From: Rhodosorus marinus CCMP1338
Taxonomy: Eukaryota; Plantae; Rhodophyta
Length of the DNA stretch: 64,000 nt
Direction: 5' to 3'
Assembly (NCBI GenBank): GCA_029953675.1
Contig: JAMWBK010000001.1
Location: forward strand, 124,001 to 188,000
Under the pieces are notes generated by a model. It was not told the DNA's origin, did no database searches, and saw only the letters and a list, made by a program, of their open reading frames with translations. Both the position numbers and the translations under genes were made by a program. This document shows positions 1 to 10,833 of this stretch, in pieces (within the stretch, counting starts at the first letter, position 1; each line of letters starts with the position of its first letter).

Positions 1-1669
1 CATTAATGTTACTTCGCCCTATTATATTATTTTATATTTTAGAGAAAAAACGATCCCGAAAGACTGGGATGATTTTATTGCCGTGAAATGCATAAAACCA
101 CCGCTTTTTCGTCTCACCTCCTCGAGATCGATTGCTGCGCAAGCGATGGTTAAGCTGTGATGCTGGACAACGTTTTCAAACGTTTGGCTGGCAGCAAATT
201 TCGCTTCTAGTGGGATTATTCATTGGCTTCAGATCTCTGCGTACTCTGAACCATGGAACCAAAAAAGCCGATCTCATCAAGGCTCTTTGTCGGTGATGAA
301 TGGAGACTGCCTTAAAACCCGATCTTTGGTCGGGTGATGGTCTGCGAAACTGAACTAGCTTTATGGTTCACAGCTTCGCTTCGCTCAGAAGGGTATCATG
401 CCACTTGATGCAACTGTACGAGACCTGCTCTCATCTAGCGATACTGAATGCACTCGTCCCGACTTCTTCGCATTCTATGCGTCCCCTTCCTCTTCAGATG
501 GCTCTGGAAAATGATCCATGAACCACTCCCCGAGCCAAAACGCCTCAAGGGTGGGGTTAGGGAGTCCACAAACACACTAGCACCGACATGGAAGCACTGT
601 GACTGTACGAAACCAGCTGTCAACTCTCAACCGTTGACGATGCGCCTGTTCGACTTGTCCGTGTTCTCAAAATCTTGTTCCGTTTCCGTCTTCCAGGAAA
701 AACATCGCTAGAGCCATCCCACCAGAACGCCTTCCTCGGGATCCGAAGTTTTGCGAAATACACATTGGTATCTCATATTTCGAGGAAGATCAAAGGCCCT
801 CGGCCTCAAGGGCCGTGTCCAGAGGCCCAATGGACGGAAAGCTGTGGACATGTGGTGGAATGATGTTCTTGTACCGCATAATTTCTCCACAGGCTTGCAG
901 TATTCCTCCAGCTGTTCCAAGGATACTTGGATTGCGACAAATTCCTCCAATTCCTCGTCCACGTCCTCGTTGTCATCAGAAAGCGGGAGATGGTGGCGGC
1001 TGGTCACACGTGCCGCCTCGCTCCGCCGGGCCCTATCTCTATCTCATTCTCCTGGGCGTCCACACCGACCCGACTCTGTTCTGCCTTCGGGCGTCTACAG
1101 CTAACTCCATATTGATAAGAGTCGTTGGCAGAGATTCGTGCGGTAGAAGGATCCCTCCAAAGTTTTTCCCTGTTTCGAGCATCGACGAAATCGTCAACGG
1201 GGTTAGTCGCAGCCCTGAACTCTACGAGACAGCCTTGCCGATAGGTCAGGCGATCGTCGAGATGCTTATGGACAACCATGGATGTCGCGAAAGGCAACAC
1301 CGTCAGGTGGTTGCGAAGTCAGAAGACCGTGCACCAAGCTCATTTTTATGTTAATGCACAAGTTGTTCAAATACTTCGGCGCCAACATATGAAACTCTTT
1401 GCTTCTGAACGGCTAGGGTTCATTTGGTGGAGGATAAGTACCGCGGAAAGCTCGTGCGATTTGCAGTACGATGCTTAACTGTATTACGCACGGTCGCGAC
1501 AGTGTACAGTTCTTTGATTCTCGACTCCCTCATGGAGCGAGCTCAGCCACAATTCCCAGGACATTACGAATATGAGCACATCCACTGTGGTTCAGTGGAT
1601 ATGCTCAAGGCGCTTTTAAAAGAGTGTGATATGGCTACATATGTACAAAGACTTCTTGTCCTACTAGCT

Positions 1670-3160
1670 CTACGCAGTGGGAGGGCATCTCTTCACAACC
1701 TCATTCTCCCCAGCAGGCGTGATTCGATAAAAGTAGTGCTCGATCCATCCCATCAGTCCGGATCGTTTCCTAATGTTCACGTTCATATCTTTGAGCAGAT
1801 CGTCGTGGTAAGACTGCATGTGTAACTGTATGCAGCTTGCTCTCATCGCGTTCATTGGCGTAATCGCCCTCCTCGACTGTCTCATATCCCAGATATCCAG
1901 CACCATTTCTTTATGTGACGGTCTTGGCATTGCGTTTGTAAGCAAAGCGGCAAGCCACTTGGCTTGAACCATGTGCGTCATGGGGTTTATGGCCGTGAAA
2001 GCGTTTGAGCCAATGAAGGCCATTCGGTCAATACCAGGAGGCAGAATGTTCTTGTACAACCAGATGCCGTCCTCTTCAACTTCGAGTCTATTCAGTACCT
2101 CATCATTAAACAGCCCAATCGTCTTATCCCAGCCCGTCGCCAGAACAATCAAGTCAGCCTCCACTTCCTCACCAGTTGAGAGAACGACAGTCTTCTCCTT
2201 GATTTCGTTGACTGCCGTCACCTTGAGATTGATCCTGCCGCTTCGAACATCAGCAAGATACTCGGCTGGCCCGTTGAAGAGGGCCGGATGAAGCACGTCG
2301 AACTCGAATCTTGACTTGGGCCAGAGGTTTCTCGGCAATCTGTAGTTTGTTAGCATGAGCGCCTCGATGGTTCGAAAGTACAACCATCTGACCGGCGCGG
2401 CAAGCTTGTGAAGGTTCTTGTACATTGACGAGCTCGAGTAGAACGGAGGAAGCATCATTTGGAACAAGCGGGTGAATGTGACCATATCCGTTGGAATGAA
2501 CCCTACATGTGAAGTGGTAAACCAGTGCATACTGCGGACAAGCTGTACAGCGCTCTCTCCAACCTCGCTGGCAACCATAGACACGTCGACTGCGCTCTTG
2601 CCCATCCCTACGATCACTATCTTCTTTCCGGCGAACTCATCGGGGGACCTCCACTCGGACGAGTGCATGATCTTCCCTTGAAACTTCTCCTGTCCCGGAA
2701 AATTTGGCCTGTGCGGCTTACTGGAGAAGGTTCCGTTGCACATGACGAGATAATCAAATGTCTCGTCGTTCGAAACGTCTGTTTTCAAGTCCTTCACGGT
2801 CAAACGCCATATCCCGCCCTCAAGCTGTTTCATCTCCGTCACTAGCGTATTGAACCTGAAGCATTTCCGGATCTCATGCTTGTCAATAATTCTCTCCAAA
2901 TAATCACAAACTTCATCCTTCCCCAAAAATTCGTTTGCTTCCGCTGCGTGCACCTCATCCGGGAACCTGTACAGGGACTTTGGCATCTGTACCGACGCGC
3001 CATAGTAGTTATCTGCCCAGAGCCCTCCGGATTTGCTATGCTTCTCAAAGACAACACAGTCGAATCCTTGTTCACTCAGAACTCTCGTCGTCGCCACACC
3101 CGCAGTTCCGGCACCAATCACGGCCACTCGAAAGCCTCTTTTCGCTTCACGCACTATCAT
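1670..3160 (-). CDS. Flavin-containing monooxygenase (class B FMO-like), copy 1, intronless, 496 aa
   Basis: N-terminal FAD Rossmann motif VAVIGAGTAG and FEK..GGLW; FMO-identifying motif FQGKIMHSSEW (FxGxxxHxxxY/F with W); NADPH Rossmann motif IVGMGKSA; LATGW motif. Confidence 0.92.
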   Translation of the reverse strand: MIVREAKRGFRVAVIGAGTAGVATTRVLSEQGFDCVVFEKHSKSGGLWADNYYGASVQMPKSLYRFPDEVHAAEANEFLGKDEVCDYLERIIDKHEIRKCFRFNTLVTEMKQLEGGIWRLTVKDLKTDVSNDETFDYLVMCNGTFSSKPHRPNFPGQEKFQGKIMHSSEWRSPDEFAGKKIVIVGMGKSAVDVSMVASEVGESAVQLVRSMHWFTTSHVGFIPTDMVTFTRLFQMMLPPFYSSSSMYKNLHKLAAPVRWLYFRTIEALMLTNYRLPRNLWPKSRFEFDVLHPALFNGPAEYLADVRSGRINLKVTAVNEIKEKTVVLSTGEEVEADLIVLATGWDKTIGLFNDEVLNRLEVEEDGIWLYKNILPPGIDRMAFIGSNAFTAINPMTHMVQAKWLAALLTNAMPRPSHKEMVLDIWDMRQSRRAITPMNAMRASCIQLHMQSYHDDLLKDMNVNIRKRSGLMGWIEHYFYRITPAGENEVVKRCPPTA

Positions 3161-4189
3161 CGCGCGCTCAAACTAATCCAACAAAATAAACCTTTTCTAT
3201 ATTCTTCAAATGATTACGACAATCGCCCATGCGTATCAACCAACTTGTCATTCCTTTAATACTTTATCCCCACGGCAAGTCCCACGTTGGATACGCACAA
3301 CCGCGCCAACGCAACGTCGCGCCTACTCAACCGCCTCCAGTTCACAAGACCAAACAACCCACAAACTAAGTCTTCCCAAAACTTTTCCACCGAATTTTTC
3401 GGCAACCGTCCCCCAGATCTCTGTGTCAGCAGTTTTGCCTTCTTAGTTTCTAACAAATTTCAATATGCCAACCCACAATCAGAATAAGCAAATTCGAGAA
3501 GGGTACATGAATATTTGGAGTTCCAAGTTTAAGCCCCAATAAAAATTTGCGGACGGTTGGCGGTTCCCTGGCCCACCACCCCGGTTGTTGAAACGATTTC
3601 GCTATGACGACCGGCAGCGGGGGGTTCCGTCTAAAATGTATTGAAAAAGAGGTCCTTACACAAAACTTTTTTTTGGAGCAAGAAAAGTCAAGTTTTTTGT
3701 TGGGGTTTCGCGACTGTTTGAGATAGATGGGGGGTAAAATCTGAACAAAAAGGCTCTCTTCCTAACCACCATTGAAAAGTGGTAGATAGGAAAATGCATT
3801 CAGGGTCATACGTTGCTCCAGCCTATTGTGAAAAACTCCCACCCCCTTGAGTGAAATCATAGCTGCGGACATTAACTATCAAAATCATACTTTTCGTTGA
3901 CTACTTTTCGGCCTTCCAAGAACCACGCTGTGCCACGTTTCTGACCTAGGAGAACCTCGTGAACAATCTGCTGTTGTCCGGTGGAAAAGAGCTGGACAAA
4001 GGGTTATGTAGAATTCAACTGCCCCTACGCACCGGCAAAACACCGCTTTTTGATATATAACAATCATTTTTTCCGAATCGGTTAATCTGCTGAGTAGCTT
4101 CGATTACAGTTCATACGCTGAGTTTTTTTTTTTTTTCAGGTTCACTGCTAGGAAATGATATTTCTGGTGGGCTAATTCTTGCTTCGGGA

Positions 4190-6560
4190 CACCACTGGTT
4201 ATAACCCCTTCCCAACAGCCAGTCGGGGTGTGCGGTTCTATTTGTCAAGAAGAAAGCCTGCGAAGTCCGCCGATGCGTGGATTACCAAGCAGGTCTTCAG
4301 GTTTATTCAGAGCCTAACTACCAGTAGAAGATTACCAAGCCCTGAACCGAGTTACAGACTGGCTGGCATGCCTCCTACCAAAAATAGACGAATTTAATTA
4401 GTGCAGCAGTGGTAGCTCGAGTTTCTATTTTTAGCAAATTGGACCTGCGAGTGATATCTATTTTTGGCAACTACGGATCGAAGAGGATGACCCGAAAAAG
4501 GCGTTCATTTCTGAGTTTGGAAGTTATCAGTAGCATCGTTTGGGATGACGTCACTTCCAGCATTTTTTTTGCGGTTCATGTCGACTTCATTGGACGTTTG
4601 TGGTCGACTACGTCGATGATATCCTGGTTTACTCAAGCACAGAGGAAGAGCACGAGGCGCATCTCTGTCAAGTCTTCGCAGATCTCCGACGCTATGAATT
4701 CTACCTTCACCCGACGAACACAGAAGTGTTCCTCTGAGGGGTGACAAAAAAAAACAAAAAACCTCGGGTTTCGGATCGAGAATGGCTATATTGCCATCGG
4801 CGACGAAAAAGGTCGGGGTGGCCCGGCAACTAGCCCTGCCTCTTACGGTAGAGGGCGTGCGGTCAGCATGAGCCTGCTGCCACACTTCCGACGCTTTCGT
4901 CGTAAGGATTCCTCACTAGCGGCGCCCTTGACAAATCTACTCAAGGATGGAGTGACGTTCGAGGCGACCCCAGCAGTACAAGCCGCTAACTGAAGGCTCT
5001 GGTGTGCAGCACTCCCGTCTTGAAGCTGCCTGATCTCAATTGCTTGGAATTTGAGGTCACCACGGACGCCCTGGAAGGCCTCGGAGGGATGCTGACGCAA
5101 CGAGGACACCCCATGGCTTCGAGAGTCGAAAATTCAACGAGAGATGATCAGGGATCGTGCATTGTATGTTTAAACGGCGACGTTTCTTGGAAGGGGCGAG
5201 TACAACAGTGTACGCGGACAACGCCGTTGTAACGTGCATGAACACCAACGTTCCACTTTCGCGACCCATGACACGTTGCCTGGAAAAACGATCACGACTT
5301 GACTACCAGATCCAGCATCTCCCCGGAAGTCGATTGTAGTGGCTGATGCGCTGTCGCGGCTGAACCACGTCAAACTCCCGAAAAGCGCGCAGTTGACTAC
5401 ATACGTACGAGTTGGTAGGACGACAGGCAGGGCTGACTGAGGCCGAACAGTCGTTGATGCGGCAGGAGATGGAGCGTGTTTTTGATGAGGCCGCCGGAGT
5501 CTACACTCGAGAGTAAGCGGAACGTTAAGGATTTGGTCTGAACCGGAGACCGCGCAAAGACGTGCTCACGGACGCGCACAAGGCGTTGGAGCACCCTTCA
5601 GCACGAGCCCTCTACGAGCACCTGCGGGGCAAGGTGTAGTGGCGAACTTTGAGGTCGCACGTGTACAGCAGTCGGGCATTGCCCTCGCTGCCAGATAAAC
5701 AGGTGCAGGCGCCGTTTCAGCGGAGGGAGCAGCTAAATCCCCTCCCCACGGAGGCCATCTTCATGCGGTGGCATTTGGATTTTATCGGAAGGCTGCGAAG
5801 GCTCACGGAAGCTGAAATCAGTGGATCCTCGTGGCGACAGAGTCGCTGACGCGATGGTCTGTCATGCGAGCAATGCCGGAAGCTACGAAGGAGAGTGGGG
5901 CGAAGGTCATCTTCGAAGGAGATGAACCTGGGCGTCCAGTGCAGATCTTAACCCACCGAGGCACGAACTTCCGGTCAAAAGTAGTGGAAGGGTATTTACG
6001 GCCATTTCGGACGGGGCACCGATTAGCGATTTAGTAGCTACCACCCGAGGATGAATTCGACGTCACAAAGTTGGAACAGAACGTTCCAGGAGGTACTTGG
6101 GAAACTAACAGGTGGTGCTGTCACCAGGTGGGACCGGTTCGTCCATGAAGCGAATATCGCCATCCGTATGTGTTTACGAGCAGAATCATGGGAATGTCGC
6201 CGTTGGAGATCCTATACGGGGTGAAGCCGCGCGCGCCCGACCTAACGCATGCCCCGATACTGTTCGATCCCGTCGACGAATATGTTTCGGGGCAGGCTCG
6301 AGTGAAAGAGCTCGAGGATCTCGGTATGAGTCGCGGGGCGGTCGCCCTGAAGACCGAGACCTCGAAACAACAAATGGCGCGGTGTTAGAATTGGAAGGTC
6401 GCAGTTGACCCTCTGAAGCCTGGAAATTTCGTCCTGCTCACCAACAAGCCGAAGATAGAAGGCCAATATCGGCACCTTGGACCGTTTCGGATCCTGGAAC
6501 GCCGACTTTTCGACACATGCAAGTTTGCATACGTTAATCTCAGGTCACGGTTACGTCTTG
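4190..6560 (+). mobile_element. Degenerate Ty3/gypsy LTR-retrotransposon pol remnant (RT-RNase H-integrase)
   Basis: Motifs in gypsy order, broken by stops and frameshifts: AVLFVKKK..RCVDY (~4232-4290), IFSKLDLR (~4427-4450), YVDDILVYS (4609-4635), RNase H FEVTTDA (~5050-5070), integrase HHCC (DAHKALEH..CPRC, ~5570-5692), RWHLDFIG (~5765-5788), SSYHPRMN (~6035-6058), GPFRI module (~6478). No gag, protease or LTR pair recognised. Confidence 0.88.
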
Positions 6561-7669
6561 ACCACCTCCTTGCGGAGCTGTCCTTGTCAACCCGGCGCTC
6601 TAACGCTGCTTTTGTGTTCGACGCGTGTCATCAGAGTCTCCCTTTGCGCTCCTCAGGGTATCCAGGCTCTGAATAAACGCACGGTGATGATGAACTTTAA
6701 GTGCCGGTGGCAAAGTGCGCCGCTGTAGGTAGCTACACGGAAGGTAAGGATTCCCCTCTGGCGGGCTTCTTAAAGTCTTTATCGTATGGACGTGGAAATC
6801 TAGAAGATGACTAATTCGGGAACGGTTGCGAGCAGGAATCTGAGTCGTGCTAAGGATCTTGGCGGCTTGAAGGGGTCTGTATCTCTTCGTTGTTGACCGA
6901 TTTTTGTCTGTAGAATCGTGAAGTTGGATGAATCCGTTTGGGGTGAATTCAATGCAAAAAAACACAAGCGGAGGAGATTAGCGCAACGTTGGAATTGCGG
7001 CTTCAACGAAGTGAAAACTTCTTTGAGGGATGAGGGATGATGATTCCTGCACCAAGTCCTTGCCCTGCCCTTGAAAGGTTCATGCAATCATGAGGATGGA
7101 TACTAGCATCAGAGGTGAATTCTCAGAAACAGAATTGGTTCACGAAACCGTTCCTGGGCTCAAACGTTGTTGCCCGACTGGAAGCTCCTCATCATTATCA
7201 TCATCACCGTCACCCTCTCTAATCCAGAGCTCGTCTAGTTTCATGTTACTGTCAGATCCGCCACCCTTTCCCGCCGTGGGTATCTTCCTCGCAGACCATC
7301 TCAATGACCCACACATGTCCTGGTCAGAACGGGGGTTTGATGTACGAGAGTACGTTCTCAAAATGCCACAAAAAAGAAAGCTTCCTCGTTCGAAAACATG
7401 TGGATGAAAAAATACGAAAATTGTATTTCAATTATTTTTGACAGTTGAGTATTTAGTTTTTAGAAGATTTTTCATTCTCGCCAGCTGGGATTACGCCAAT
7501 AGTCGAAGTTCTCTTTTTGGAATGAGATGACTAGGTACTGGTGGGGGGGTCCATCTTGGATTTGGGGTTTCAGGCGCAGGCTTTCTTGTTCTTGTGGATG
7601 TGCTCTAGGCGCAGAATTTTTTTTTTGGTATGGGCTACATATTTACAAAGACTTCTTGTCCTACTAGCT

Positions 7670-9160
7670 CTACGCAGTGGGAGGGCATCTCTTCACAACC
7701 TCATTCTCCCCAGCAGGCGTGATTCGATAAAAGTAGTGCTCGATCCATCCCATCAGTCCGGATCGTTTCCTAATGTTCACGTTCATATCTTTGAGCAGAT
7801 CGTCGTGGTAAGACTGCATGTGTAACTGTATGCAGCTTGCTCTCATCGCGTTCATTGGCGTAATCGCCCTCCTCGACTGTTTCATATCCCAGATATCCTG
7901 CTCCATTTCTTTCCGTGACGGTCTTGGCATTGCATTTGTAAGCAACGCGGCAAGCCACTTGGCTTGAACCATGTGCGTCATGGGGTTTATGGCCGTGAAA
8001 GCGTTTGAGCCAATGAAGGCCATTCGGTCAATACCAGGAGGCAGAATGTTCTTGTACAACCAGATGCCGTCCTCTTCAACTTCGAGTCTATTCAGTACCT
8101 CATCATTAAACAGCCCAATCGTCTTATCCCAGCCCGTCGCCAGAACAATCAAGTCAGCCTCCACTTCCTCACCAGTTGAGAGAACGACAGTCTTCTCCTT
8201 GATTTCGTTGACTGCCGTCATCTTCAGATTGATCCTGCCGTTTCGAACATCAGCAAGATACTTGGCTGGCCCGTCGAAGAGGGAGGGATGAAGCACGTCG
8301 ACCTCTAATCTTGACTTGGGCCAGAGGTTTCTCGGCAATCTGTAGTTTGTTAGCATGAGCGCCTCGATGGTTCGAAAGTACAACCATCTGACCGGCGCGG
8401 CAAGCTTGTGAAGGTTCTTGTACATTGACGAGCTCGAGTAGAACGGAGGAAGCATCATTTGGAACAAGCGGGTGTACTTGACCGCGTGCATTGGCAGGAA
8501 CCCTACATGTGAAGTAGTAAACCAGTGCATACTGCGGACAAGCTGTACAGCGCTCTCTCCAACCTCGCTGGCAACCATAGACGCGTCGACTGCGCTCTTG
8601 CCCATCCCAACGATCACCGTCTTCTTTCCGGCGAACTCATCGGGCGATTTCCACTCAGACGAATGGATGATCTTCCCTTCAAACTTCTCCTGTCCGGCAA
8701 AATTAGGCCTGTGCGGCTTGCTAGAGAAGGTTCCGTTGCACATGACGAGATAATCAAATGTCTCGTCGTTCGAAACGTCTGTTTTCAAGTCCTTCACGGT
8801 CAAACGCCATATCCCGCCCTCAAGCTGTTTCATCTCCGTCACTAGCGTATTGAACCTGAAGCATTTCCGGATCTCATGCTTGTCAACAATTCTCTCCAAA
8901 TAATCGCAGACTTCATCCATCCTCAAAAATTTGCTCGCGTCCTCCAGGTGATCCTCATCCGCGTACTGGTACATATGCTTCGGGACCTGTACCGATGCGC
9001 CGTAGTAGTTATCTGACCAGAGGCCTCCGACTTTACTATTCTTCTCAAATACAACACAGTCGAATCCATGCTCACTCAGAACTCTTGTCGTCGCCACACC
9101 CGCAGTTCCTGCACCAATCACGGCAACTCGAAAAGCTCTCTTCGCTCCACCCACAGCCAT
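7670..9160 (-). CDS. Flavin-containing monooxygenase (class B FMO-like), copy 2, intronless, 496 aa
   Basis: Same motifs as copy 1 (GAGTAG, FEGKIIHSSEW, GMGKSA, LATGW); colinear with 1670-3160 at a constant 6000 bp offset. Confidence 0.92.
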   Translation of the reverse strand: MAVGGAKRAFRVAVIGAGTAGVATTRVLSEHGFDCVVFEKNSKVGGLWSDNYYGASVQVPKHMYQYADEDHLEDASKFLRMDEVCDYLERIVDKHEIRKCFRFNTLVTEMKQLEGGIWRLTVKDLKTDVSNDETFDYLVMCNGTFSSKPHRPNFAGQEKFEGKIIHSSEWKSPDEFAGKKTVIVGMGKSAVDASMVASEVGESAVQLVRSMHWFTTSHVGFLPMHAVKYTRLFQMMLPPFYSSSSMYKNLHKLAAPVRWLYFRTIEALMLTNYRLPRNLWPKSRLEVDVLHPSLFDGPAKYLADVRNGRINLKMTAVNEIKEKTVVLSTGEEVEADLIVLATGWDKTIGLFNDEVLNRLEVEEDGIWLYKNILPPGIDRMAFIGSNAFTAINPMTHMVQAKWLAALLTNAMPRPSRKEMEQDIWDMKQSRRAITPMNAMRASCIQLHMQSYHDDLLKDMNVNIRKRSGLMGWIEHYFYRITPAGENEVVKRCPPTA

Positions 9161-10006
9161 CGTGTTCTCAGGTCAAACCAAAAAAACAAAGATAAATCTG
9201 CATCTAGAACCGAACTCTGCTCATCTCATCCACCACCCTCTGACTCCGTTTAATACGCCGTCCCCAAAGAGCAGTCCCAACCTCCATTGTCACCGGCCCC
9301 TTCACCCTCCATCCCAACTCCCTCGTCCCATAACCCAAATCAAGTTTTTCCAAAACTTTTCCGAAGAATATTCCACTCGAGTTTAAAAAAGAAAATCTTT
9401 CCTAGTCCCCAAAATCAGTTGCCAGGTTTACCTCCTACTGAAATCGATCCGAAAGCCCCATTTCCTAGCTCAGCGGTATTAAGTTTGACAAAGTCGAGAA
9501 GGGGGTAGAACCATACGAAAAAACTCATTAATATGTAAAATAGAATTTTTATGAACGGTTATACGCAATTTGTTGGAGACAATATGGGGAGGTAACAAAA
9601 CAAATTGCATGACGATGGACAGCGTCTAAAATGTACTGATAAAAAAAAATATGAAAAAAGGTGTGGAAGCATGAATTATCCCTATTTTTTCGTTGCACAA
9701 AAGACGATAATTCTTTGAGTAGGGTGCGGTGATTGTAAAGATTTCGTACACCCGCTGAAATTGGTCTTTTTATAGTTAAACAAGCAGGACGTGTTGCGAT
9801 CTTCATGTGCAGGGGGGGGAACAATCGGAGGGGTTAAAAAGTTATATTATAGAAGTTTTTTCCAATGGGTAGGATTTAATATGAAAATATGATATCTGCG
9901 TCCTTTTTTTATATGAGCCCCTTTATGAGCCATAGCATTATAATAGGGGCTGGGAAAGATGACGTTATGGCTCGCTTATGGGTTTTTCAGTAATTATTGT
10001 AAAACA

Positions 10007-10530
10007 TCATGGAGCGATTCGGAGCAAGTTTGGACCCCTTGGGTTTCTGTTAGAGGACGGAATGTGAGAAGCCGTTGCAAGTCTTTTGCAATCATGTGAG
10101 CAGCTAGTGGGGTGGAATGGTGGCATTCATGGAAATGGTAGGTTATCCAGGAGGAGTAGAATTGTTTGCTGAGATAGTCTTGCAATTGATTCGGAAGGGA
10201 ATTGTAGGGAAACCCGATTGGCTCAGCATCTGCAGCTGGGCAGGCCTGTTCGGCCCCGCAGCAAAAGGTATGTGTGCGTACATACTTTTCCTAACAGTCC
10301 TTAGGTTCTGAAATTATGATCAACATGAACGAACTGATGGATGCCTACTCACCAGTGGTTGAAAAGGCCAGAAACGTCTTGGCGTCAGATTCAGCAGCTA
10401 TGCGTAGGCTGCGCTTAGAACCCAACCGTCAAGGTTGAGGACACCGTGTTTCCTGCCCGTGAAGAGCACACGCGTAATGCCATCAGGTTGCATGCCAAAC
10501 TGATGCTCGCGCTGTTGTGGAACTACCCAT
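10007..10530 (+). pseudogene. Spliced coding remnant of an unknown family
   Basis: ORF VAFMEMVGYPGG..SWAGLFGPAAK is joined in frame to GSEIMINMNELMDAYSPVVEKARNVLASD by a GTATGT..CTAAC..TTAG intron (10268-10304). It continues after a frameshift as TVKVEDTVFP..LMLALLWNYPS. Stops and frameshifts on both sides. Confidence 0.35.
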
Positions 10531-10833
10531 CTTGATATTTGTGGATATGCTTTTCTTCTTGTAACCGCAAGCTTTATTGGGCAGCTGCCTACTGCAGCGT
10601 AACACTAACTCGAACACTATCTTGGGGAATGCTTAACCGTCTCACCCATAGCAGTCCAAACGGTGTTTATATATATCGAAGAGACGAACACGCAGACGAG
10701 CATCAAGCTCGCTTCAGAACCCTTTCATAGATAGGGCGTCGCAGAACTCCGGAATTATTATACAACTTTAACAGATCGAAATCAGTAGCTCACAGAACAA
10801 GTGCAATTGCAAAGATTCGCACCAGGGAACGCT

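Noticed and set aside
1424-1825. Shared ORF tail with 7541-7825 (TYxQRLLVLLALRSGRAS..)
   Set aside because: Antisense reading of the duplicated FMO 3' ends.
3650-4190. Possible 5' LTR of the gypsy element
   Set aside because: No matching sequence found after 6560; gag and protease are also missing.
1670-9160. The round 6000-bp offset as an artefact or signal
   Set aside because: The copies differ in coherent codon-level ways and the flanks are naturally diverged, so the round number is most likely coincidence.
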